DNA of 62,734 bases, the filler included, from Sphacelaria rigidula (lineage: Eukaryota): the NCBI GenBank assembly GCA_964200075.2. It is 9 parts of 9 records of this genome, joined end to end, with 100 filler letters (N's around TTAATTAATTAA, not from the genome) between each part and the next. Parts side by side here need not be neighbours in the genome. Positions count along the whole stretch, not along the records: positions 1 to 6,883 come from CAXNAA020017589.1; positions 6,984 to 13,865 come from CAXNAA020017590.1; 7 more parts are not named here. One strand, given 5' to 3'. Made by a program: the position numbers and the translations under genes. Position 1 is the first letter of the stretch, and each line of letters starts with the position of its first letter. The notes below the pieces were generated by a model. It was not told the DNA's origin and made no database searches. It saw only the letters and a list, made by a program, of their open reading frames with translations. Shown here piece by piece: positions 1 through 11,190 of this stretch.

Positions 1-1039
1 AGAGTTTCGATCGGTGCACGTGGGTTTGTTTGCGGGCGGGCGTGCGTGGATTTGTGTATGTGTGTGTCTGTGCGTGTGTTTTGTTTTTACGTTTTTCCCC
101 CCCCCCCCCCCCCTTTAATAACGCATCGCTTCGACAGGTTGCAAACAAAAAATGTTCCCGCTCAGCTACGAGTACTGTACCAGTTTTCCCACCTACCGAG
201 GCGGACCCGTCTTATTTTACACCATTTTTTTTCACGACAACTTGAGCTTCTTCCCAACAGGATGTCTCGTAATGCGGGCGCCCACTGGTGTACTGTACAA
301 TTCTGTCTTACCGGTATCTGGATGTCCATCGCGAAGAAGTAGGCGATGTTGCCCTGGGCCGTCTTGCGCGGTCGCCGCAGCCGCTTTCAGCATTCTTTCT
401 TTTCTGGTTTTCGCATATTGTGCCGTGCTGGGAGCATCGCTGCCGTAGGAGGCAGAGTGACGACCCCTTGACTATTTTATGTCAGCCTTGGCGTCAGGAG
501 AGCGCCCTCGTGCTCTTGACTTGCAGCGCATGTTCTTCGGTTGTAGGACACCTTGCACATGACACCGCCCCTTGGGTCGAGCAACGTTTCTGCGGCCTTC
601 CAGAAGGCGGATTGCACCTCTTTGCTGGTCAGCACGTGCGCCTTGACGACATGGAGCTAGGAGATTTCGAACACTCGCATTTCGTGAAAGTATCAGCCAT
701 ACCCAGCACGGGGGTCGGTAACATCTCGCGTACCCCGTACATTAACCTGTATCCCGTCGAATAGGACATGGGTTAAACAAGTGCTTCTCTGACCCGTGGC
801 ATTTCCGGCCAACATGTACAGGTCGGGCCGTGTTTGGTGCCAGGCTATAGCAATTACTGGCAGCCCGCTACAAGCATGAAGCCAACTTGTTGCTTTACGC
901 CTGGCGTGTAGCAATGTCCTATTTCCTATCCCCTTTCAGCCAGAACTCAGCCGCCATTTAGTGTCCCGCTCTTCTCTTCTTTTGATGGCTTTCGATTTGC
1001 AAGGCATTTTGCATCTGCTCAAAAAAGGTCGAGCATTTC

Positions 1040-1236
1040 TGTAATGCGTGAGAGGATCGCGTGCTTAGAGGACCGCGCCGTGAACCAAAACACCCAGGAT
1101 CGACTTTTTTCGAGACCAATCGGATCAGTCCCTGCAGGTACCACGCCCCTGACCCTAACCCCAACACTAACCCTAACCCTAACCCTAACCATGGGGATGT
1201 TCAAATTCCGATGCGGTCCTCTCATCACGCATTACA
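1040..1236 (+). mobile_element. MITE family A copy 1 (TGT...ACA ends, internal CCCTAA repeats)
   Basis: Starts TGTAATGCGTGAGAGGA and ends GCGGTCCTCTCATCACGCATTACA, with internal (CCCTAA)n. Co-linear with the copy at 6445-6655. Confidence 0.85.
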
Positions 1237-1826
1237 GTCCCGTTCACTTGACGTACCCACCGCTACTCATCTTTGGAGTTCGCTGGAAGAACGAGCTGGT
1301 GCCTACTCTTTATGCCGCAGGGTTCTTTTACTCAAGGTTTGCGTCGTCCGCAAGGAGTCACAATCTCCGGCACAATCAGCGGGTCCACTGATGGCCTTAA
1401 GAAAGTTGTCGTAACAATCCGAGTAGGGGGTGCTCATTCACCACAACTGCATGTATCGACGTGCAGTTCGACACAAATGAGACTAGAGATGCAGAACAGA
1501 TCGTTGCGGTACACACCTTCATTCTACCTCCATTTCTGCCGTTGCCTTTCGCTCAATCACGGGTGATGATAAGTTGATTGAAAAGCAACGTGCACGACGC
1601 GGACACCAAAACTCCCGCCGAAAGACAGGGTGCTCGGTGGAACTGTGGCACGACTGACAGGAACGATCAGGCGCGCTGTGGTTGATAGGTGGTACACATA
1701 GGTGACGACGCGTATGTGAGACGCGAACAACGACATCCGTCGGAAGAAATCAGGAAGGCGGTGTGCTCGGTGGATCTGCAGTACAACTACCAGAAAAACT
1801 CAGGCGTGCCGAAGGTGAGAGGTGCA

Positions 1827-2044
1827 TGTGATGCTGGAAGGACCGCGTGCTTTAGGGGACCGCATCGAAATTGAATCATCCCTATGGTTGGGTTCAGGGT
1901 TACGCTTACGTAGTAGTGTAGAGGTCAGGATCAGGGGCGTGGTCGCTGCAGGGACTGGTCCGATTAGTCTTGAAAAACGTCGATCCTGAGGTGTTCTGGA
2001 CTACGATGCGGTCCCCTAAGCACGCGATCCTCCCATGGATGACA
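1827..2044 (-). mobile_element. MITE family A copy 2 (diverged, reverse orientation)
   Basis: The reverse complement aligns to copies 1 and 3 (GGACCGCGTGCTTTAGGGGACCGCATCG...CTGCAGGGACTGGTCCGATT...GCGGTCCCCTAAGCACGCGATCCTC). The telomere-like tract is degenerate. Confidence 0.75.
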
Positions 2045-2057
2045 ATGTACACGTTAA

Positions 2058-2710
2058 CAGGCACATATGAGCGACAGCAGGAGGTGGGTCCACACGGAAG
2101 CGCCGTTTGTGAAAATGTCGTACTTTACGGCTTTGCTGTCTCTTGAGACCGACACTCTAATGAGAGCCGTTCAAAAATTCTGTTTAAACTGCCTGTTTGG
2201 CCCTTCTCCGTCGTTTCACGCCTGAAAGCAGGGCAAGGGGGATGTTGACGCCTTGGAACGACTTGCTGTACTCATTGAGACCGTTCCAGGGCAACTTTGC
2301 ATTTCCCGCTCGCCGCAATTTTTTCTTGCCCGAACACCGTTTTTAATGAAAAACGGCCAGGTTATCAAAAACAGGGAGGGAAATTGATCACCTGACCGTT
2401 TTCTACTGAAAACCCGTACTTGGCCTGGTTTGGCCAAAAACAAAGTGAGGCCTGCGGGAATTGCAAAGTTGCCCTAGAACGGTCTCAGTGATTATAGCAA
2501 GTCGTTCCAAGGCGTAGACATCCCCCTACCGTAGCCCTGCTTTCAGGCGTGAAACGACCGAGAAGGGCCAAAAAGGCAGTTTTGAACAGAAATTTTGAAC
2601 GGCTCCCATTAGAGTCGGTCTCAAGAGTAAGCAAAGATGTAAAGCACGACATTTCACAAACGACGCTTCCATGTAGGCCCGCACCTCCTGCTGTCGTTCG
2701 TATGTGCCTC
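2058..2710. mobile_element. Non-autonomous DNA transposon with ~250-bp imperfect TIRs and TTAA target duplication (possibly Kolobok-like)
   Basis: 2058-~2310 is the imperfect reverse complement of ~2455-2710 (CAGGCACATATGAGCGACAGCAGGAGGTG vs CACCTCCTGCTGTCGTTCGTATGTGCCTC). TTAA lies at 2054-2057 and 2711-2714. The superfamily is inferred only from the TSD and non-CCC ends. Confidence 0.8.
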
Positions 2711-2714
2711 TTAA

Positions 2715-2812
2715 CCCTTGGACCGCGAGGTTAGTCTTCTGTTGAATCGGCATCAATTTCGAGTAAAAAAAAGTATGCATGATCCAGAAAGACTAATCTC
2801 GCCGTCTAAGGG
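2715..2812 (+). mobile_element. piggyBac-like MITE copy 1 (~100 bp)
   Basis: TTAA|CCCTTGGAC...GTCTAAGGG|TTAA. CCC/GGG termini with a TTAA TSD are the piggyBac signature. Confidence 0.85.
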
Positions 2813-2816
2813 TTAA

Positions 2817-2917
2817 CCCTTGGACAGCAAGAAGAGTAGTTCATCTGCTGAATCGGCATCAATTTCAATCGAAAAAAGTATGCATGGTCCAGATAGACTA
2901 CCCTCGCGGTCTAAGGG
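2817..2917 (+). mobile_element. piggyBac-like MITE copy 2, in tandem with copy 1
   Basis: Shares the TTAA at 2813-2816. Same termini and the same internal GAATCGGCATCAATTTC...AAAAAAGTATGCATG; TTAA at 2918-2921. Confidence 0.85.
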
Positions 2918-3213
2918 TTAACGTGTACATGAAGTTGAGCACGCAAAGGGGTACATTCGTTCGAATGCCCGGACGCAAATGGAGTGACCTGCGGTCGAAC
3001 GGTGGAAGTCAGCGCAAACACACTGACTGTGTATATACGTGTTATACTACAACTATTGTCAAGTCAACTGCAGCATCGGCCTCCTCACTGCCAAAAGACA
3101 GAGAACAGGCCTAGCGGACCTTTTTTATGCTTACGGGAAGCTACATCACACTCGTCTTATGCGAGCGGGCTTGATGTCCCTGCAGAGGAAGAGGTCATCT
3201 TTCCGAAGTTTAA

Positions 3214-3312
3214 CCCTTAGACTGCGAGATTAGTCTTATCTGGATCATGCATACTTTTTTCAAGTGAAATTGATGCCGGTTCAACAGATGACCTACTCTC
3301 GCTGTCTAAGGG
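3214..3312 (-). mobile_element. piggyBac-like MITE copy 3 (reverse orientation)
   Basis: TTAA|CCCTTAGAC...GTCTAAGGG|TTAA; the interior is the reverse complement of copies 1 and 2. Confidence 0.85.
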
Positions 3313-4734
3313 TTAAGACAGTGTTTAGCCCCGAGGTTTCAGAATCACAGCCTCGCTTTCTTCTGGTCGAATTTTTTGTGGGGGGAGTGATAATGCTTGC
3401 GGCGGCGTGTACTTCATTCGTGAGCAAGTACTATTTGCCTCGCTATTCAGAACGACTCAACATCCCTAAATTCCACAAACCGATAATATATTCGGCGTGG
3501 GCAGCATGGAGGGGTTGTGTGTGGTGCACCGCAGCAGGTTTTGGCAGTTGTGCTGATAACTGCACATTTGAGCACAGAAGCACGTTTGAACGAAGTCCCA
3601 ACCATTTATACTTTTGTCACATGGCGTGTTCGGTTTTGCTGAACTAAACGGGTCCAGGATCGGCTATTGTCATCAAGTAATTTACAACTGAGCGGAACAA
3701 CCGATCTCGGGACTCTTTCGTGCCACATCGATCATTTCTGGGATCAGTAGAGGTATCTCCAACTCGAGGTTCCCGACATACCCAACTGTAAACTATTGCC
3801 GTGAAATATACCTGGAATCTCGAGTTTGAGTTAGCTCCAAGTGTTCTCTGTGCTGGTTTGTACTCCCGTAACAGCTACCTACGAATAGGCCTGAGCGTAC
3901 TACACTTGTATAGCATCACGATTCTCATCCGCCGACATCCACTTCTTCTCGCCAAGCCCTAGGTGATACTTCTGGTGGGTCTACTTTCTCCTCGGAAATT
4001 TCCGAAGTTTCGGGGGGAAGCAATTACTCCGAAAAACGTTCAAGTAGATTTCGTAGCCGGTGTCAACCCTGACCAATAAGGCGGCCCCGTAGGCGTACAA
4101 GGGCGTGCGCAGATAAGCCGTCGCAGGCGAAAACGAAGAGGGCGGGGCAACTCTACAGTATTTACTCTATTCGTTCCTTTGTCCATACCTTTGGTGCCTT
4201 ACTTCATGCCCGATATGCGCTCTTCGGGTAAGACCGCAATATTCCTCAAGGGGGTTTTCTTACACTTGCCTCGCTTTCCAATTCGCCTTCTATTCCTGCC
4301 TTAGTAGTAGACGACACAATGGCACTGCTCAATCCCTAACGCCCATGGGCAAGTATTTTGGGTGCGTGCACGAGCGGAACAGCGGTGTGAAAATGTGTGG
4401 ACAGCAGCAAGTCTAGGCGCAGCAGCAAGAGCAGTGGGAGCAAAACAAAATAATGTTGTGCCGCTGCTACAACAGGCGCAGGTTGCACCGCGTCGGCAGG
4501 ACGATGAGTAGCTAAACCAGCTGCCACACGCGGGCATTCGGTTACCTCGTAGAGGAATTTTCAAACGTCATCCTCGGTTCCGTCCGTTTGAAAATTCCCC
4601 CCTGGAGGGTCTTGGGTATTCGTAATCCTTTAAAGGCTTTTCAATGTCGGGGCCCTCGAAGGTCTGTGTCGATATTAAATTTCCCTGAATTGTGTTTTAA
4701 GACACAAATGCTATGAAAATCTGGAATTTTCACA

Positions 4735-4800
4735 GCTGTTCGAAATAAGTCCTGATTCCAAATTATTGGAATCAGCCCAAAAAGATTTATTTCGAACAGC
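4735..4800. repeat. Nested inverted repeat (hairpin)
   Basis: GCTGTTCGAAATAA/TTATTTCGAACAGC (14 bp, perfect) encloses CTGATTCCAA/TTGGAATCAG (10 bp, perfect). Confidence 0.8.
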
Positions 4801-6444
4801 AGAGGCTGTACAAATCCCATATACACTCGCAAATGGACTTTGTACACCAGAAGCTCTTCGAAATAAATCCTCATTTTAATCACCAATACCTGAATTGGGC
4901 AGAAAAATACTCTTATTTGCGAGCAGCTTTTTTTGCTGTTCAAGTCCCACATACGACACACACACACGGTATCGGTGGATGAGAGTCGAGAGACAGCAGA
5001 AGTCGTTGGGAACTCATCCTCCTGCCCCCGTTTCATATCTTGGGCAAGCGGATCGACCTCTTCAACAGCTTCGACTGGTTTCAAATCCCATACACCGATT
5101 GCCAATGTATGTACACACAGCCATGCTATGTAGCTTTAGCTCGTGATTATGATGTTCAAACTGTAAGAACCTCATTTATCTAAACATACAAGCTTCGACA
5201 CCCCGTGGTGCGGTGTTCACCATCCGAACACCAAAGTGAAGCATTTTTTCGAGTGAACACGCGAAAAAATTATAATCGTGGTTTATCCTGTACGTTGATG
5301 GTGATACATATGATCATCACAACAATAAGCATGGTTTGATGCTGTACTGGACAAAACAATACCGTGTAGGACAGTACCATATCGTGCTTGTATACGTGCT
5401 GTACAAAATACTGCAGAGTTAGCGCGGCATATGCGCCACGTGCGGCTAAACAAAGTGGATGCCTGTAACTTTGGGTGCATGGGGATGTTATATACCGTGA
5501 GCTACTGACTATACGCACGATGCCCGTTCTTGCAGCGTGCTCACCGCTACAGTCAGTAGGACGTGAAAGGGAAGCGCACAAAGTACAGTACAGACAGCGC
5601 AGGACTTTATGTACCTGTTCCGCTCACAGTGCAACGTGAAAAGGACTTGAACAGTGTGCGCAGCTTTGTCTGCCTGCACTGTTCATGGGTGTCTATGCAG
5701 TGAACCGCCGGTTGTGGCTCGCCCCATACCCCGCTGCTCAAGTTCAAACTTCCACCAAGACATACATCATGCTCAACTACTGCAGTGTATATCTATATCC
5801 GTCCCCAACTCGTGCTCTTTGCTGCAGGGTTATCGTGGTGGTATTATAGCTGAGGATAAGTGTTGTCGGGTTTGCAATTCAATCTGTGAACGGCGGGTGA
5901 TACATATTTTTTCTGGCGTGATGGTCTCAAAGGTCCCCTGAAAGTAGTTATAGGACACAACAAGTGCACAAGTGCTGATGTACACGCTGGAGGATACTGC
6001 ACGGCTATGTCTTCCGGAGTCGCAACAAATGCCTTAGAGGTCATAGTCGGTCCCTCCGCTAGAGGAATGATGCTCCTATTTCCCTCTGCCGTTCATATTT
6101 CCCTCCAAGGGGCGTTCGCGAAAACCACGTGCTCCAGTGCACCATATTTTTGGTACTCTGACGGGATTCAGACATCAGCAGTCACTGAAGCATCAGATGC
6201 CCTCCAGAGGATTCGTTTCATGACCGGAACCGAGTATGAAATACCCTCTAGAGGATATTTTTATCCTCCCGAGGGTCACTTTGCCCTCGAGAGGAGAAAA
6301 ATCGCGATAGAGGATTCTTAGGGGGTAGCCGAATGGTCGCGTGTGATGTGGCGGCGATGCTCCGGGAGTTGAACCGCGTCCTTGTGCAGACATGGTACCG
6401 CTCGATCCTCAGCAGCAGGAGTGTCGTGCTTCGTGGTATCCTAC

Positions 6445-6655
6445 TGTAATGCGTGAGAGGACCGCGTGCTAAGAGGACCGCGCCGTAGTTGAAAACACCG
6501 CAGGATCGATGTTTTTCAAAACCAATCGGGCCAGTCCCTGCAGGCACCACACCCCTGACCATAACCCAAACACCAACACTAACCCTAACCCTAACCATAG
6601 GGATGTTCAAATTCCGATGCGGTCCTCTAAGCACGCGGTCCTCTCACGCATTACA
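6445..6655 (+). mobile_element. MITE family A copy 3 (intact TIRs, 4-bp TSD)
   Basis: 37-bp TIRs with one mismatch (TGTAATGCGTGAGAGGACCGCGTGCTAAGAGGACCGC / GCGGTCCTCTAAGCACGCGGTCCTCTCACGCATTACA), flanked by CTAC on both sides; internal CTAACCCTAACCCTAACC. Confidence 0.9.
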
Positions 6656-6883
6656 CTACTCTGTAGTGTTAGTCGTCAGTTTGCAGTCTGCAGTCTGCAG
6701 AAATGTCTCGGAAGAGGAAACAACGTGATTTTACAAATTGGGGATGGATTTTCTGTTGGGGATGAAAACCCGGAGACTTCAAATCTTCGTGTCAGGCCGG
6801 ATATTACAGCATATATATACAGATTTTGGCCCACGGATTGTTCACTTCTGGGACATTTGACCCCCTTTTTGACCCCCAAACAG

Positions 6884-6983
6884 NNNNNNNNNNNNNNNNN
6901 NNNNNNNNNNNNNNNNNNNNNNNNNNNTTAATTAATTAANNNNNNNNNNNNNNNNNNNNNNNNNNNNNNNNNNNNNNNNNNNN
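6884..6983. other. Artificial contig-join spacer (first of eight; others at 13866-13965, 20848-20947, 27830-27929, 34811-34910, 41792-41891, 48773-48872, 55754-55853)
   Basis: Each is 44 N + TTAATTAATTAA (stops in all six frames) + 44 N. The contigs between them are 6883, 6882, 6882, 6882, 6881, 6881, 6881, 6881 and 6881 bp, i.e. length-sorted. Confidence 0.98.
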
Positions 6984-7060
6984 AAGAGTATTGAGGTCAT
7001 ACCCAAGTGATACTCTATACTCAAGTATTACTGAGAGTGCTTACTCAATATTTGAGTACA
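6984..7060 (+). repeat. Fragment of a dispersed repeat (second copy reversed at ~31295-31370)
   Basis: CTGAGAGTGCTTACTCAATATTTGAGT occurs here and as its reverse complement at ~31297-31323. Confidence 0.65.
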
Positions 7061-8598
7061 GGCTGGGCCGGCCAAGACGCAAATTCGTGGTTTGCAAACC
7101 CCGTCTCAACCTAATTTTGCGAGTTAGACTTCGAAATTTGGTACGGAGGAAGAATAGGGCATGCTGAAACGCGGTCGCTCGGGACGAGAATATTTTTTTT
7201 GTTTTCGTGAGGTTAACCCTTTTGGAACCGTTGATGGAAAATTGACGATTTACATTTGACGTTTTTCGGGCAAGAAATGGTTGTTCTTCTACAGCCTTTG
7301 AGCAGACGATTCGCCCAGTGCGTGGTTTTTAGACCCGTGCAAATGGAACGTGGGAGAAAATAAGGTTCTCTATTCTACGGGTATGACGAATTTTTCGACC
7401 CGTCGGTGTTTTGTAATCCCCGCCAGATGGCATGACTGACCTTTCGTGAAGCGTGCTGCAGTACATGCTTCGTGCCGCATCGTAGCAAGCCTGCGCCTAA
7501 GTTGCAATAACAAAGGCGACGCCGACGGCATTTTTACCGCAGTTATGCCCCCGTCTACTGTCTGTATTCAGAGACCGTCACCGTCAGGCCCTGTGGGGAC
7601 GTGTTCACCTACTCCTCTGTACTGCGTGTGATCATGATATTTTCAGCTTATTTCCAGTGTAAACTCACGTCATGTACGTTACTGTACTCCGTCGTGCGCG
7701 TTTATACGGCACCACACTGCGGTTTGATGATTCCATAACGGTGACGAGGGTGCATGTACCCCGCCGATATACATACTCCTGGTGCAGCGTAGGCGGGGGC
7801 CGTTACTATGGCATATCCGACACAGGCTGTCACTTTGTAGGCTGTGATCTTGCCGCATATCTCATCCTGCGCTTTGTGCTGTACGTTTTCACGACACCCC
7901 CTCTATAATGCGGGTTGATCATGCCTGAACGTCGCACAGCCCCACTTTGTGCTGCGTGAGGTGTATTACTCCGGCTGGCGCTATCGCCTTCGGACCGGAT
8001 GTCCTCGTGGGCGGCGTTGGGGTGTCATACAATGATATTACACACCTTCTCTCCTCTTGCATGGAACACCGTAACATCGTTAGTCAGTTATGGTGGACTG
8101 TAGTTGATTGATCGATTGATTATCTCACAGTAGCTGATGGCAACAATCCAGCCCTTCGTCAGGAGCAGCAAAAAAAACAAGAGAAAAAGACAGAAGCAAC
8201 GGCCGCAGAAAGATCAGAAAGGGAGCAGGGATAACAACAAAACAACAACACCACCAACATCAAACAACAACAGCAATAACAATAGACTAACGACAAACAA
8301 ACTCATACACAAACACAAACACAAACAACACAAAAAGATAATGATCTCGCATTACGTAGCTAATTGCAACACTCCACCTCGTGATCAGAAAAAAAGGAGA
8401 AAAATGGAAGAAAACGTAAAGAAAGGAGTACAATAGACAAGAAGGCAGAGCCAGGCTCGGTTCCGGCGGCAGGGGGGGGGGGGGGGGCACAGACGAAAAA
8501 AAAGAGGCAAAGAAAAAAAAAAAAACCATCGGGAACAAAAGAAGAAACAAGCAGNNNNNNNNNNAAAAAGAAAAAGAAAAAAAAAAGAGAAGGAAGGG

Positions 8599-8638
<40 letters not shown>

Positions 8639-8699
8639 ACGAAAGAAAAGCAGACAAGAAAAAAAAAGAAACCATCAGGAACTAAAGATGAACAAATCA

Positions 8700-11190
8700 G
8701 AGATGGGAACCAAACACAATGCTCTTTAGGCAGAATGTCATTACCCTTGCAGTAGGTGCTTAGGCGGCGGGTGATTATCTTGAGGAGCACCTTGCCGACG
8801 TTTGACACGAGTGAAATTCCTCTGTAGTTTCCGCATTCCGTCCGATCGCCTTTTTCGTGGAACACGATGATGGTGGCATCCTTCCATTCTTGTGGTACAG
8901 CTGCTCCGCCCCAGATGTCAACGATGATAGTGTGGAATCTCTGTAGTCGGCTAGTGTCGTCGCCGATGAGGAGTATCTTCAGCAGTTCAGCCGGCAGTTC
9001 ATCTGGGCCAACGGCTTTTCCGTTGGACATATATCGTATGGCATCCGCTGTCTCGTCTACCGTTGGCACCTTGTCTAGCGATGTGTTCAGAAGTTGCGCC
9101 TGGTGTTGGTCGATGATTGCTGGGTTGAGGCGGGGCCGACTTGGTGTTGGGGAGGGTGTGAAACCACTGCACCCACCGCGGGCGGATGAGCTTAACGTCT
9201 CTGAGCAGTTGACCCTTCGTCGTCGCGGGTATATTGCTGCTGTGAGCTACATAGTTTCCTCCCTTCGACATCGATTCCCTTCAGGTGCCTGTAGAAACCG
9301 CGTTGGTCACCTCTCGCGATGTGCGCTTCAAGTCGACTGAGGTAGGCTTCGAAGAATCTCTCCACCGCATGTGCTTTAACACTACGAAGTTCCTTGTTGG
9401 TCTTTTTCAAGACTTTCTTGAGGTTTGCGTCAATGGGCGTTGACATCGATGCCCTCCGTGCTTTTTCCCTCGCCATCCATGCCGCGTGGATCTTTGCCTT
9501 GGTCTCGGCACTCGCGCACCAGCCGTGGGAGCCTCGTTGGTTTCTCTCGTGGGGCGCGATGTCTACTGCGGCAGATACCAGCATCTTGCTGAGGCCCGCA
9601 GCCATGTCAGCGGCGGTAGCATCTACAGGCAAGGGGTCGAGAGGGAAGACCGTTTGCAACGTCACTGCTCTCAACGTCGGGTCAGCCGTCAGCCTTTCAA
9701 GGTCGGCCGTTCGGCGTCTTGCTGCACGTCTCCGCATCTTGAGATTGGGCGCGAAGCGACCACGGAGCCGGACCTTTGCAGATACGAGGTTATGGTCAGA
9801 CTCGCGTTTTCCGAGTGGTGGGTGGCGGACGGAGATGTTGCGTACGAGTTTTCGGTCCGTCTGTCTTGTGAGGATGTAGTCAAGGCGATAGCATCCCTTC
9901 CCGGCGTTGGAGCTTTGGAACGTCTACGAGATGCCCCGCTTTGGTGTTCTGAAGAACGTATTTAGCACAGTAAGGCGCTGTTCCTCTGCAAAGGCCAGTA
10001 GCCTGTCACCGTTATTGTTCAGTACATCCCGTCCGTATTCGCCAAGTACCTTGCTATCATTCTCTCCACACCCCTCCCCTCGTTTTCCAGTGCGGGCGTG
10101 GGCATCCATCATGACGAATAGATGTTCCTTGCCAGGTGCTTGTGAGACGGTATCGGATACATCATCCCAAAAGTTGTTCTTGTCGCGCAGCGGAGCAGTC
10201 TCCGTCGGGGCATACCCAACCACAAATGATACTGCGTTGGATTTGCCGTGTAGTTCAAGTTTCACCTTCATAAGTCGAGCACTGAGGTACTCGACTGTGG
10301 CACCTTTTCCTCTCATCTCCTCCAGGATTGACTCCTTGATAGCGATCCCTACCCCATGTTGTCCTGCCCTTCCCTTACCCCCGCTTGTGTCACCAGAACA
10401 AAATACCGTAAATCCCGCCGCACTGAACACCGATTGACCATCTCTCCTGGTTTCCTGTAACCCTACGATATCGCATCCCAGATACTGACAAGGTTTCAGG
10501 ACAATCTCACTGTGGCCAACGCCGTACGCACCTTTGAAAGCAAGTGTGCGAACATTTTGGGTGCCAACTGTAAGCTCGCCGATCCTGGCCCTCGCCCTCG
10601 CCGTATTTTTCCTCTTGTCGGCTACCCTCCAATCTGCTCGTCTCCTACGTCTCTTTTTCCGTGCGGCGTGTTTTTTCTTCTCCTCCGTCCCTTCACATGC
10701 AAGTATATGTTCATGTTCTGAAATGGACACTGCTCCGTGCGTGCTTGTCATCAGACATGATTTCGGGGGCAGCAGTCCCGACATGCCTCGACCGGTTCCA
10801 CCACCGCATCGTTTCTTGTGCTCACGGACGTGTAGATACCTAGCAGCTCTACTCTCCTTGCTTTGTTTCCCACGCTTCCGGCGATGGTTACCTAGTGCCG
10901 CTGCTGCGGGCTGTGTAGCCGCGGCAATTTTTGCCGTTGGGAAAACCCCGTCGGGAAAAATTCCGCCGCATCAGGATTTAGTGCCGTCATCATCGTCAAG
11001 CGTAAGCAGCAGGTAGGGTAGCAAGATGGTTTCTACCCTATTACTGATTTTGCTGTTGTTACTACTACTATCGACGATGATGTCTTCTCTACACTTCAGG
11101 TGTGTGCGTGCAGGTTCGCAGTTCACACACCCGCCCCAGGCCAGGCAGCCCGGGAAGGGAAGAAGACGTATACAGTCACCCGAATGGCCA
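8700..11190 (-). mobile_element. RTE-clade LINE, decayed: 5' UTR, N-terminal extension, AP endonuclease, linker, first part of RT
   Basis: APE motifs GTQNVRTL, DIVGLQETRR, GVGIAI, GYAPT, MMDAHARTG, LNTFF, LDYIL, SDHNLV (9780-10580). RT N-terminal motifs [44 protein letters not shown] (8700-9069). Contains stops and frameshifts and breaks off near the low-quality stretch at ~8.5-8.7 kb. Confidence 0.95.

Noticed and set aside
1150-1190. CCCTAA tract as a real telomere
   Set aside because: Only a few units, internal to a TIR element, and repeated at 6580.
6345-6415. tRNA gene on the minus strand (GGTTCAACTCCC B box)
   Set aside because: No cloverleaf could be built; at most a decayed SINE head.
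6928-6939. TTAATTAATTAA recurring every ~6.98 kb
   Set aside because: Artificial six-frame-stop linker inside N gaps; the periodicity reflects length-sorted contigs, not biology.
8470-8700. Apparent direct duplication and poly-Pro/Phe ORFs around the 10-N gap
   Set aside because: Two low-quality versions of the same sequence following G homopolymers; most likely an assembly artefact.
9394-11016. Plus-strand ORFs 9394-9879, 9486-9965, 9907-10437, 10534-11016
   Set aside because: Antisense shadows of the LINE ORF.
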